A stretch of DNA of 48,597 bases from an uncultured bacterium (GCA_966243015.1 CBIMES010000001.1:1-48597); one strand, 5' to 3'. Positions 15,190 through 24,134 are shown, counted from the first letter of the stretch. Notes: generated from the letters alone by a model not told the origin. Translations and numbers: made by a program.

Positions 15190-15675
15190 ATGAAATCTGT
15201 CATTGGCTCGTGGCGTCCGTTTCAGAATGTGTCGAGTCCGGAAATGAGGGGCGTGGCGCTTGGTAAGCTCTTCAAAAACGTTCTCGCGCTTCTTGCCGTC
15301 GTTGCTGCGTCATATTGGGTCTATCGGATAACGATATGGCCCGAACTTGAAGGGAAGATTTTCTGGAGGGCTTGGTCGGCGATCCTCGCATACCTTGCTA
15401 TCCGGAAAGTCCTTCGCTTCGTCTGCCGAGGCTTCTTCGCGTGCACTAACTGCCGCCGTCTCAAGACGGCTCGACACGTGAATCCCGTCGTGGTTTGTGG
15501 CGGCACGGGCTGTCACGAGTGCGCCGAGCTCCAGGAGAGGCTGCGAAAGATCATCGAGGAAGAGCATCAGCATATGGTGGCCATTCAGGCGAAGCCTTTT
15601 CCGGGCGGCGATCCCGTGGGGACCGTCCCGCGCAATCGGCCGACCGTCAGCAGGTTTGCCGCCCATACGGGCTAG
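15190..15675 (+). CDS. Membrane protein with a C-terminal Cys4 zinc-ribbon
   Basis: 161 aa. Two hydrophobic helices, then CTNC...CGGTGCHEC. The only gene in the window with a strong SD-like AAGGAGG upstream. Terminator at 15697-15726. Confidence 0.6.
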   Translation: MKSVIGSWRPFQNVSSPEMRGVALGKLFKNVLALLAVVAASYWVYRITIWPELEGKIFWRAWSAILAYLAIRKVLRFVCRGFFACTNCRRLKTARHVNPVVVCGGTGCHECAELQERLRKIIEEEHQHMVAIQAKPFPGGDPVGTVPRNRPTVSRFAAHTG

Positions 15676-15696
15676 TCGGGGCACCTGCCCCAGCAA

Positions 15697-15726
15697 ACCG
15701 TCTCGCTTCGGCGAGGCGGTTTTTTC
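15697..15726 (+). terminator. Intrinsic terminator
   Basis: ACCGTCTCGC-TTCG-GCGAGGCGGT followed by TTTTTT. Confidence 0.7.
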
Positions 15727-15765
15727 TTTTCCCGCATCTTTCCATATTCCCTTAAAAATGGGACA

Positions 15766-17793
15766 ATGAGCCAAATTATGACAAGCGACGACAAAGTCAC
15801 ATATTTCGCCGAGACCGACTCGCGCAACAAGCGGGTCAAGTTCGGCATCAAGGCTAAGGACCGCACCCGACACACCTACGTGATCGGAAAGACGGGAATG
15901 GGTAAGTCGACCCTTCTCGAGAACATGGCAGTGCAGGACATTCAGGGTGGGGAAGGTGTCGCCTTCATCGACCCGCACGGAAAGACCGCCGACCTCCTCC
16001 TCAACTACGTCCCCGAGCATCGCATCAAGGACGTGGTGTACTTCGCGCCGTTCGACACGGACTTCCCGATATCCTTCAACATCATGGAGGACGTTGGCTA
16101 CGATAAGCGACACCTCGTCGTTTCCGGCCTCATGTCCACCTTCAAGAAAATCTGGGTGGACGCATGGTCGGCGCGAATGGAGTACATTCTCTCGAACACG
16201 CTCCTCGCGCTTCTCGAGTATCCTGACGCGACGCTCCTCGGCGTGAACAAGATGCTCGCCGACAAGGAGTATCGCAAGAAGGTCGTCGACAATATCACTG
16301 ACCCCGCAGTGAGGTCTTTCTGGGTGGACGAGTTCGCCAAGTACACCGAGAAGTTCGCCGCAGAGGCGACTCCGGCGATCCAGAACAAGATCGGACAGTT
16401 CACGAACAACCCACTCATCCGAAACATCATCGGCCAGCCGAAGTCGTCGTTCGACATCAGGAAGCTCATGGACGAGAGGAAAATTCTCATCATCAACCTC
16501 TCGAAGGGAAGGGTGGGTGACCAGAACGCGAACCTCCTCGGTTCGATGCTTATCACCAAGATCTACCTCGCGGCAATGTCCCGTGCGGACGTGAGCGAGA
16601 AGGTCATGAAGACGCTCCCTCAGTTCTATCTGTACGTGGACGAGTTCCAGAACTTCGCCAACGAGTCCTTCGCGGATATTCTCTCGGAGGCCCGAAAGTA
16701 CAAACTCAACCTGACCATCGCCCATCAGTACATCGAGCAGATGGAGGAGGAGGTGCGCGCCGCCGTGTTCGGTAACGTGGGTACCATGATCGCGTTCCGC
16801 GTAGGCTCGTACGACGCCGAGATTCTCGAGAAGGAGTTCTCGCCGAAGTTTACTGCGGAGGACATCGTAAACCTGGGATTCGCCCAGATTTATTTGCGTC
16901 TCATGATCGACGGCATCGGCTCGCAGCCGTTCTCGGCAACGACGCTTGGCCCTATCGCTGAGCCTGCGGTCAATTTCGTGCCGCAGATTCTCGAGAGCTC
17001 CCGATCGCAGTTTGCCCAGCCTCGCTCGACGGTCGAGGAGATGATCAAGACGCAGATGGCCGCGACAGTCGCGGCTGCCCCTGCCGGCGGTCCACGATCG
17101 GGCGAGAGGAGGCCGGGTGACAGGCCTGACGCCGCGCACAAGTCGGCGCCCTCTTCTACGGCTCATAACGCGACCCCCGCTGCGCACGGTCCCGCTCATG
17201 CAGCGCCGCACCAGGCACATGCGCCTCAGCCGCGCCGAGACACCCATCTTGCCCAGGCACCGAGCCGAGAGTCCCAGCCTCGTCACGACGCCCCGCGTCC
17301 GAGCGAGCCGCGCCGCGTTGACCTGCATCCAAAGCCCGAGGCGCCGCGAGAGCGTCCCGCTCCTCCCCCCGCTGACGGTTCGGACGGTTTCCAGAGCCTC
17401 AAAGACCTGAAGGCGGTCGTTCAACCTGCCTCGACCTCGTCTTCATCGCCTTCCTCACCGGCGCAGGGCGCAGCCGAGAGGAAAGGGGTCACCGCCGAGA
17501 GCAGGCTCGACCTTCGCGCCGCACTTGCCTCTATTGCGCCGGCTGCTATCGTGAAGCCTACCGCCCAGCCGAAGGCGGAGTCTCCGGCCCCAAAGGCAGA
17601 GACTCCTCCCCAGACGGTAACCGCGCCGACCCCGCCGCCGCAGAAGCCACCCGAGGCCAAGCCGGCGACGCCAGCCGGCCCTCCGCCTGTCGCCCAGAAG
17701 CCCTCGTCCGTGACAGACGTCCCGGTCTCGAAGGAGAGGGAGGGCATAAAGGAGGTTCCCGAGCACGTGCTCAAGAAGATTCTGGAGGTATAA
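15766..17793 (+). CDS. VirD4/TraD-like (type IV coupling protein family, FtsK/HerA superfamily) P-loop ATPase, with no N-terminal TM segment and a long disordered C-terminal tail
   Basis: 675 aa. Walker A GKTGMGKST, FIDPHG, Walker B LYVDEFQNF, and LTIAHQY...GNVGTMIAFRVG blocks. The last ~245 aa are Pro/Ala/His/Gln-rich. Confidence 0.75.
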   Translation: MSQIMTSDDKVTYFAETDSRNKRVKFGIKAKDRTRHTYVIGKTGMGKSTLLENMAVQDIQGGEGVAFIDPHGKTADLLLNYVPEHRIKDVVYFAPFDTDFPISFNIMEDVGYDKRHLVVSGLMSTFKKIWVDAWSARMEYILSNTLLALLEYPDATLLGVNKMLADKEYRKKVVDNITDPAVRSFWVDEFAKYTEKFAAEATPAIQNKIGQFTNNPLIRNIIGQPKSSFDIRKLMDERKILIINLSKGRVGDQNANLLGSMLITKIYLAAMSRADVSEKVMKTLPQFYLYVDEFQNFANESFADILSEARKYKLNLTIAHQYIEQMEEEVRAAVFGNVGTMIAFRVGSYDAEILEKEFSPKFTAEDIVNLGFAQIYLRLMIDGIGSQPFSATTLGPIAEPAVNFVPQILESSRSQFAQPRSTVEEMIKTQMAATVAAAPAGGPRSGERRPGDRPDAAHKSAPSSTAHNATPAAHGPAHAAPHQAHAPQPRRDTHLAQAPSRESQPRHDAPRPSEPRRVDLHPKPEAPRERPAPPPADGSDGFQSLKDLKAVVQPASTSSSSPSSPAQGAAERKGVTAESRLDLRAALASIAPAAIVKPTAQPKAESPAPKAETPPQTVTAPTPPPQKPPEAKPATPAGPPPVAQKPSSVTDVPVSKEREGIKEVPEHVLKKILEV

Positions 17794-17812
17794 ATAAACA
17801 CCATTCACACAC

Positions 17813-19984
17813 ATGACATTAAACAAGTTTCTCCGATGGACTGCGATCGCTTCAGTGTTCTCGCTCTGCATCGTCCCTTTCATAGTCTCTGAGTCCCTCT
17901 TCTTTCCGTACATCGTCGGCAAGAACCTGTTTTTCAGGGTCATCGTCGAGATCGGCTTCGCCGCCTGGCTCCTGCTCGCGCTCCGCGACTCCTCCGCCCG
18001 GCCTCGTCTCTCGGCGCTTCTTTGGTCGTTCGTGGCCTTCACGGGCGTGATGGGTCTCGCCACTGTCTTCGGCGAGAACGCGTGGAAGAGCTTCTTCTCC
18101 AACTTCGAGCGCATGGAGGGGTACATCACGGTCCTTCATCTCTTTGCCTACTTCGTGATGGCTGCGACGGTGCTTAACACTGAGAGGCTTTGGACGAGGT
18201 TCCTTCAGACCTCGATCGGTGCGAGCCTCATCGTGTCGGCTCACGGGCTTCTTCAGCTTGCCGGCGCGACTGCCATCAACCAGGGAGGCAACCGACTTGA
18301 CGCGACTCTCGGCAACGCGATCTACCTCGCCGTCTACATGCTCTTCAACATGTTCTTCGCGGCGATTCTCTTCGCGCGAGACAGGTCTCTGTGGAAGCGC
18401 GTCGCGTACGGTGCCGTTATTCTCATTCAGTTTGTCGTGCTCTATAACACGGGAACGCGAGGAACAGTCTTCGGCCTCCTTGCCGGAACGCTTGTGACGT
18501 CAGCCCTCGTCGCCCTCTTTGATAAGGCAGACAAGAGGCGTCGCATCATTGCCTCGGCGATTATCGGTGCGGCCATCGTCCTTGTGGGAACCTTCCTCGC
18601 CATCAGGAACACGGGCTTCGTCACCGAGAGCCCGATTCTCTCGCGCTTTGCCTCGATCTCGTTCCAGGGCCAGGGACGATCGTACATCTGGCCTATGGCC
18701 ATCGATGGCTTCAAGGAGAAGCCCATGCTCGGCTGGGGTCAGGAGAACTTTAATTACGTCTTCAACGCCCACTACAACCCTGCCATGTACGGCCAGGAGC
18801 AGTGGTTCGACCGGGCCCACAACGTCTTCCTCGATTGGCTTATCGCCGGAGGCCTTCTCGGTCTCATGGGGTATCTCGCCCTGTACGTCTCGGGAGTCTG
18901 GCTTCTCTGGAAGAAGGGGGCGGACGTCTCCTTTGGCGAGAAGGCCTTGCTTACCGGCCTTGGAACCGCCTACTTCGTGCACAGCCTCTTCGTGTTCGAC
19001 AACATCACGAGCTACATCTCGTTCGTCTCGGTTCTCGCCTTCATTCACTTCAGGTCGACTCGCCTCGCGCACCCTGTCGCCTCAAAGGCTCCGGAGGTCG
19101 AGGGTATTACCGCTCGCGCGGTCGGCGTGGCTGTCCTTGTGGCACTCAGCTTCTCGCTCTCGTTCTTTAACTGGAAGGCGTATGCTGCGGGCAGGGAGCT
19201 TCTCGACGGCCTCCGCGCAGTAAGCGTTGACCCGATCGACCCTCAGCTTGCGCTCGACTCGTTCAAGGCGTCTCTCGAGTACAACACTATTGGCAGGGCA
19301 GAAACTATCGAGCGCCTCATAGAGGCGGCGCAGAAGGTTAATTCGTCAGGTGCGCCTATCGCCATCCGACAGGGATATTACGAAATGGGTCGCGACGCCC
19401 TCGAGGCCCAGCTCGCTCGAGCGCCGGGTGACGCCCGCTACGAGCTCTTCGCGGGAGTCTTCTACAGCTCCTATGGTCACTACGACAAGGCCGAGGCGCA
19501 CTTCCTCGAGGCCCAGAGGCTCTCGCCGACGAAGCAGACCATCATCTTCGCGCTCGGCAGCCTGTATCTCAACACCAAGGAGTACGACAAGGCGATCGCC
19601 GTATTCAAGCAGGCCTACGACCTCGAGACCTCGAATCGAGACGCGGGCAATTATTACGCCATCGCCCTCATCTACGCGGGCCGCGAGGCCGAGGCGAGGG
19701 CTTTCCTCAAGCAGGCGTTTGGCAGCGACGACATGACCGGCGACGTGTTCCTGAGGGCCTACGTGAACTCGGCTGACTGGGCCAACGTCATCAAGATATT
19801 CAGGGCGCGCATCGTCGCGAACCCGACCGACATGAGCCTTCGCCAGAACCTCGCCGCCGCGTACGTGCAGGCTGGTGACAAGGCGAACGCCATCTCCGTT
19901 ATTCGCGAAATGATCAAACTTGTTCCTGACTTCAAGGCGCAGGGCGAGGACTACATCCGCCAGATCGAGGCCCTCGGTCGCTAG
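17813..19984 (+). CDS. O-antigen ligase/polymerase-like (Wzy_C-type) polytopic membrane protein with C-terminal TPR repeats
   Basis: 723 aa. About 10-12 TM helices, then repeated A-x-x-Y/F...A TPR-like units (YELFAGVFYSSYGHYDKAEAHFLEAQRLSP...). Confidence 0.7.
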   Translation: MTLNKFLRWTAIASVFSLCIVPFIVSESLFFPYIVGKNLFFRVIVEIGFAAWLLLALRDSSARPRLSALLWSFVAFTGVMGLATVFGENAWKSFFSNFERMEGYITVLHLFAYFVMAATVLNTERLWTRFLQTSIGASLIVSAHGLLQLAGATAINQGGNRLDATLGNAIYLAVYMLFNMFFAAILFARDRSLWKRVAYGAVILIQFVVLYNTGTRGTVFGLLAGTLVTSALVALFDKADKRRRIIASAIIGAAIVLVGTFLAIRNTGFVTESPILSRFASISFQGQGRSYIWPMAIDGFKEKPMLGWGQENFNYVFNAHYNPAMYGQEQWFDRAHNVFLDWLIAGGLLGLMGYLALYVSGVWLLWKKGADVSFGEKALLTGLGTAYFVHSLFVFDNITSYISFVSVLAFIHFRSTRLAHPVASKAPEVEGITARAVGVAVLVALSFSLSFFNWKAYAAGRELLDGLRAVSVDPIDPQLALDSFKASLEYNTIGRAETIERLIEAAQKVNSSGAPIAIRQGYYEMGRDALEAQLARAPGDARYELFAGVFYSSYGHYDKAEAHFLEAQRLSPTKQTIIFALGSLYLNTKEYDKAIAVFKQAYDLETSNRDAGNYYAIALIYAGREAEARAFLKQAFGSDDMTGDVFLRAYVNSADWANVIKIFRARIVANPTDMSLRQNLAAAYVQAGDKANAISVIREMIKLVPDFKAQGEDYIRQIEALGR

Positions 19985-19994
19985 CGAAATACGC

Positions 19995-21017
19995 ATGAGG
20001 TTCGAAGAGCACATTCCTCTCGCGCCCCGAACGACGTTCCGCATCGGCGGAACGTCTCGGTATTTCTGCGAGCCGACAACAGAAGGCGAAGTGAGAGAGG
20101 CTCTCTCTTTTGCCCGTGAGCGGGGCGTGCCCCTGCTTGTCCTCGGTGGTGGCTCGAACATGCTTGTCGGCGATGGGGAGTTTCTGGGACTTGTCATGAG
20201 CATGGGGCTTCGCGGCATCCGCGACACAGTCTCGGGCGACTCGGTGACGCTCGAGGTCGGGGCGGGGGAATCATGGGACGAGTTCGTCCGGTTCTGCGTC
20301 GATAGGGGCTACTGGGGCGCGGAGAACCTCTCGCTTATCCCTGGGACTGTCGGCGCGTCCCCCGTTCAGAACATCGGTGCCTACGGAGTCGAGGTAAAGG
20401 ACCTTGTCGAGTCCGTGTCGGTTATAGACTCGCTCACGGGCGAGGGAAGGGTGCTCTCGAATGCTGAGTGTGCCTTCGCATACCGCGACAGTGTCTTCAA
20501 GTCATCCGTCGGAAAGCATCTCATCATCACGTCTGTTACATTTAAGCTCTCGACGGCCCCTCGCCCAAACCTCTCTTACAAGGACCTCAAAGAATATTTT
20601 GCGGCCAGAAATATCCCCGATCCGAGCCTTCGCGACATTCGCGAGGCAACGATTGCTGTCAGACGGTCGAAGTTCCCGGACCTCAATCGTTTCGGAACCG
20701 CTGGATCGTTTTGGAAGAATCCGATCATATCTGCCGATGAGTTTGCGCGTCTCAAGGCGGCGCATCCGCTCATCCCATCCTACCCTGCGGGCGAGAGGGT
20801 AAAGGTGCCCTTGGCGTGGATTCTCGACAATGTCTGCGGTCTCAAAGGGTATGCCCAGGGTAAGGTGTGTCTCTTCAGAAACCAGCCCCTCGTCCTTACC
20901 GTCGAATTCGGCGCCACGGCGGCCGAGGTTCAGGCCTTTGCGGCCCATATTGAGGCCGTGGTACTGGAGAAAACAGGAATCACGATTGAGAGGGAAGTCA
21001 ACATGGTTTTATGCTAG
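19995..21017 (+). CDS. murB: UDP-N-acetylenolpyruvoylglucosamine reductase
   Basis: Internal ATG of ORF 19920..21017. LAPRTTFRIGG...LLVLGGGSNMLV and FAD-binding domain motifs; 340 aa. Confidence 0.9.
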   Translation: MRFEEHIPLAPRTTFRIGGTSRYFCEPTTEGEVREALSFARERGVPLLVLGGGSNMLVGDGEFLGLVMSMGLRGIRDTVSGDSVTLEVGAGESWDEFVRFCVDRGYWGAENLSLIPGTVGASPVQNIGAYGVEVKDLVESVSVIDSLTGEGRVLSNAECAFAYRDSVFKSSVGKHLIITSVTFKLSTAPRPNLSYKDLKEYFAARNIPDPSLRDIREATIAVRRSKFPDLNRFGTAGSFWKNPIISADEFARLKAAHPLIPSYPAGERVKVPLAWILDNVCGLKGYAQGKVCLFRNQPLVLTVEFGATAAEVQAFAAHIEAVVLEKTGITIEREVNMVLC

Positions 21018-21029
21018 AATGGACGGCCT

Positions 21030-23561
21030 ATGGCATCATTCCTATCCAAGCTGTTCGGCGACCAGAATTCCCGCGATCTGAAGCCCTTTTTGGCTCTTGT
21101 TCCGCAGATAAACGCCTTCGAGCCCGCCATCAGCGCCCTCTCGGACGAGGCGCTCAAGGCAAAGACCTCTGAGTTCAAGAATCGACTCTCCGGCGCGAGC
21201 GGAAAGGCCGAGACACTCGACGACATTCTTCCCGAGGCCTTCGCCGTCGTGCGCGAGGCGTCGAAGCGAACCCTCGGCCAGAGGCACTTTGACGTACAGC
21301 TCGTCGGAGGTGCCGTCCTTCACAGCGGCGGCATTCCCGAGATGCGAACCGGAGAGGGAAAGACTCTTGTGGCGACCCTGCCCACGTACCTCAACGCGCT
21401 CACCGGCCACGGCGTGCACGTGGTGACCGTCAACGACTATCTCTCGAGGCGAGACGCCGCGTGGATGGGCCAGGTCTATGACTTCCTTGGCCTCTCGGTC
21501 GGCATCATCGGCCACGAGGTCTCCTATCTCTACGACCCAAAGCATTACGCCGAACCCGCCCAGGAGGACGCCGCTGACGAGAAGCGCGACGAGACGGGCT
21601 CGTTCAAGGTCGCCCAGGACTTCCTCAAGCCGTGCACCCGAAAGGAGGCGTACCAGGCGGACATTACCTACGGAACCAACCAGGAGTTCGGCTTTGACTA
21701 TCTCCGCGACAATCTGGAATACGATGCCGTGAACCTCCGCCAGCGCGAGTGGAACTTCGCCGTCGTGGACGAAGTGGACTCGATCCTCATCGACGAGGCG
21801 CGAACCCCGCTCATCATCTCTGCGGCGACCTCAGAGTCAGAGGATCTCTACCGCATCTTCGCTCACCTCGCCAAGGGGTACGTCAAGGACGTCGACTTCA
21901 CCGTCGATGAGAAGCGAAAGGCCGTCAGCCTCACCGACGCCGGCATCACCAAGGCAGAGAAGGCCCTGAACATCGAGAACATCTACACCGACCGAGGGGT
22001 GAAGTACGTCCATCACCTCGAGACTGCCGTTCGCGCCCAGGCCCTCTTCAGCAACAACAAGGAGTACGTCGTGAAGAACGGCGAGGTCATCATCGTCGAC
22101 GAGAACACGGGTCGCATGCAGCCGGGCCGACGCTGGTCAGAGGGCCTTCACCAGGCCATCGAGGCAAAGGAGGGCGTGAGCATCCAGAAGGAGAGCAGAA
22201 CCTTCGCGTCTATCACGTACCAGAACTTCTTCCGCCTCTACAAGAAGCTCGCGGGAATGACCGGAACCGCGCTCACCTCACGCGAGGAGTTCTTCAAGGT
22301 GTACCGCCTCAACACCATTTCAATACCGACCAACAGGCCGATCGCGCGAATCGACCACGACGACTTCATCTTTCAGACCGAGAAGGGCAAGTTCAAGGCC
22401 ATTGCCCGCAAGGTCAAGGAGCTCAACCAGAAGGGTCAGCCGGTCCTCATCGGTACCGTCTCTATCGAGAAAAACGAGCTCCTCTCCGCGTACCTCGAGA
22501 AGGAGGGTGTGAAGCACGAGCTTCTTAACGCCAAGAACCACGAGCGCGAGGGAGAGATTGTCGCGCAGGCAGGAAAGTTCGGTGCCGTGACCATCGCCAC
22601 CAACATGGCCGGTCGAGGAGTCGACATCAAGCTTGGCGGAAACCCAGCGACCGCAGAGCAGGTAGAGAAGGTGAAGGAGGTCGGCGGGCTCTTCGTGCTC
22701 GGCACTGAGCGACACGAGGCCCGACGCATCGACAACCAGCTCCGAGGACGAGCCGGACGACAGGGAGACAAGGGAGAGACCCAGTTCTTCGTGTCACTCG
22801 AGGACAATCTCATGCGCGTCTTCGCGACCGACATGATCAAGAGGATGATGGGGCGCTTCGGCATCGCCGAGGACGAGCCGATCAACAACGGCATGATCAC
22901 GAGGTCTCTCGAGACCGCGCAGACCCGTATCGAGGGCTTCAACTTCGACGCGCGAAAGCACGTGCTCGAGTACGACGACGTGATGAACACGCATCGAAAG
23001 TCCGTATACGCGAGGCGCAGGAAGATGCTTCTCGGCACCGACGACGAGGTGGTCGCCGAGCTCATGTCCATCGTCGACGAGACGAACGACGAGGTCATGG
23101 TTCTCATCGACGCGAAGAAGAAGGCCTTGGGCGACGCGGGATTCGCGTCCGCCGTCCGCCGTCTCTTCCTCCAGACCATCGACATGTTCTGGGTCGAGCA
23201 TCTCGAGGCCATGGATCACATGCGCTCGTCGGTCAACCTTCGCGCGTACGGTCAGCGCGATCCGCTCGTCGAGTACAAGAGGGAGGGACTCATGCTCTTC
23301 AAGAACATGCAGAACTCCGTCATCTCGCAGGTCGTCAACATGCTCCCCGGACTCGGCGGCACGACGATCGAGCAGAAGCCCCTTAACACCATCGAACAGG
23401 ACGCCAAAGGCATTCTCGGAAGCGGTTCGAACGCCGTGGCGTCCTCGGGCGACAAGCTCGGCAGGAACGAGAAGGTCACTATCGTGAAAGATGGGGCAGA
23501 GATGGAGGTGAAGGCGAAGAAGTTGGATCAGTACCTCAAGACAGGTTGGAAGGTAAAGTAG
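21030..23561 (+). CDS. secA: Preprotein translocase ATPase SecA
   Basis: 843 aa. MRTGEGKTLVATLP, VTVNDYLSRRD, DEVDSILIDEARTPLIIS, TNMAGRGVDIKLGG. Confidence 0.97.
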   Translation: MASFLSKLFGDQNSRDLKPFLALVPQINAFEPAISALSDEALKAKTSEFKNRLSGASGKAETLDDILPEAFAVVREASKRTLGQRHFDVQLVGGAVLHSGGIPEMRTGEGKTLVATLPTYLNALTGHGVHVVTVNDYLSRRDAAWMGQVYDFLGLSVGIIGHEVSYLYDPKHYAEPAQEDAADEKRDETGSFKVAQDFLKPCTRKEAYQADITYGTNQEFGFDYLRDNLEYDAVNLRQREWNFAVVDEVDSILIDEARTPLIISAATSESEDLYRIFAHLAKGYVKDVDFTVDEKRKAVSLTDAGITKAEKALNIENIYTDRGVKYVHHLETAVRAQALFSNNKEYVVKNGEVIIVDENTGRMQPGRRWSEGLHQAIEAKEGVSIQKESRTFASITYQNFFRLYKKLAGMTGTALTSREEFFKVYRLNTISIPTNRPIARIDHDDFIFQTEKGKFKAIARKVKELNQKGQPVLIGTVSIEKNELLSAYLEKEGVKHELLNAKNHEREGEIVAQAGKFGAVTIATNMAGRGVDIKLGGNPATAEQVEKVKEVGGLFVLGTERHEARRIDNQLRGRAGRQGDKGETQFFVSLEDNLMRVFATDMIKRMMGRFGIAEDEPINNGMITRSLETAQTRIEGFNFDARKHVLEYDDVMNTHRKSVYARRRKMLLGTDDEVVAELMSIVDETNDEVMVLIDAKKKALGDAGFASAVRRLFLQTIDMFWVEHLEAMDHMRSSVNLRAYGQRDPLVEYKREGLMLFKNMQNSVISQVVNMLPGLGGTTIEQKPLNTIEQDAKGILGSGSNAVASSGDKLGRNEKVTIVKDGAEMEVKAKKLDQYLKTGWKVK

Positions 23562-23565
23562 AAAA

Positions 23566-23664
23566 AAAGCCTCTCGGAAACGCACGGGTATTTTCCTGCT
23601 GGAAAATTCCTCGAGCTCGCGTCATGCAGCGACCGAGTCGTTTCCGAGGGGCTTTTGTTTTCTG
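23566..23664 (+). repeat. Structured ~95-nt element, copy A (outer 14-17 bp stem enclosing two hairpins, then a U-rich tail); acts at least as the secA terminator
   Basis: Outer stem GCCTCTCGGAAACG/CGTTTCCGAGGGGC, inner hairpin ATTTTCC-TGCT-GGAAAAT, second hairpin CTCG..TCGC/GCGA..CGAG. A 45-nt core is 44/45 identical to 37018-37062. Confidence 0.8.
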
Positions 23665-23708
23665 TTGTACCTTGACATACTTAGTTTTCGATGTAATTTG
23701 ATGGTTGT

Positions 23709-24062
23709 ATGAATATGCTCTTCCCATGTGCGGGAGGCCTCAACCGGGGCCTCCCTGATACCAATGACGACGTTGCTTGTTCCGCGGCTGCTGGGCAACT
23801 CATCGTCGAGGCCTACGGCAAGCGTCGTGAGCCTTCTCCGTTCAAGGTGGGTGACATCGTTGCTGTCCGTGACGGAATCAAAGTCCTTCTCGGAGGGCGG
23901 CGTTACATCGACTGCAATTCAGGCTCTGTGGCGGTCGAGGAGATTGGCTTCAGTTCCGACATCAGCCTGGTCGATGGCGAGCCCGTCGTAATTGGCTGGA
24001 TCGCTCGGTTCAGGGGCGCGAAGTTCTTTGTCGCCTGTTCGAGTCTTTGTTTGGCCGCTTAA
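23709..24062 (+). CDS. Hypothetical protein (117 aa)
   Basis: ORF track. TTGACA-16 nt-TAATTT promoter at 23672-23699 and a hairpin terminator at 24084-24116. No family recognised. Confidence 0.45.
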   Translation: MNMLFPCAGGLNRGLPDTNDDVACSAAAGQLIVEAYGKRREPSPFKVGDIVAVRDGIKVLLGGRRYIDCNSGSVAVEEIGFSSDISLVDGEPVVIGWIARFRGAKFFVACSSLCLAA

Positions 24063-24083
24063 CGTGTTGTCATTGGCGTAAAC

Positions 24084-24116
24084 AAAGCGCCGGAGGTATA
24101 ACCTCCGGCGCTTTTT
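24084..24116. terminator. Bidirectional terminator
   Basis: AAAGCGCCGGAGGT-ATA-ACCTCCGGCGCTTT followed by TT. Confidence 0.75.
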
Positions 24117-24134
24117 CTTTGCCTGATTTTTCGG

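Noticed and set aside
15310-17424. 704-aa ORF on the minus strand, the longest ORF in that region
   Set aside because: It is entirely antisense to the well-supported VirD4-like ATPase gene. Its Arg/Leu/Gly/Glu/Asp-rich composition has no recognisable motifs and is the typical shadow frame of a GC3-rich gene.
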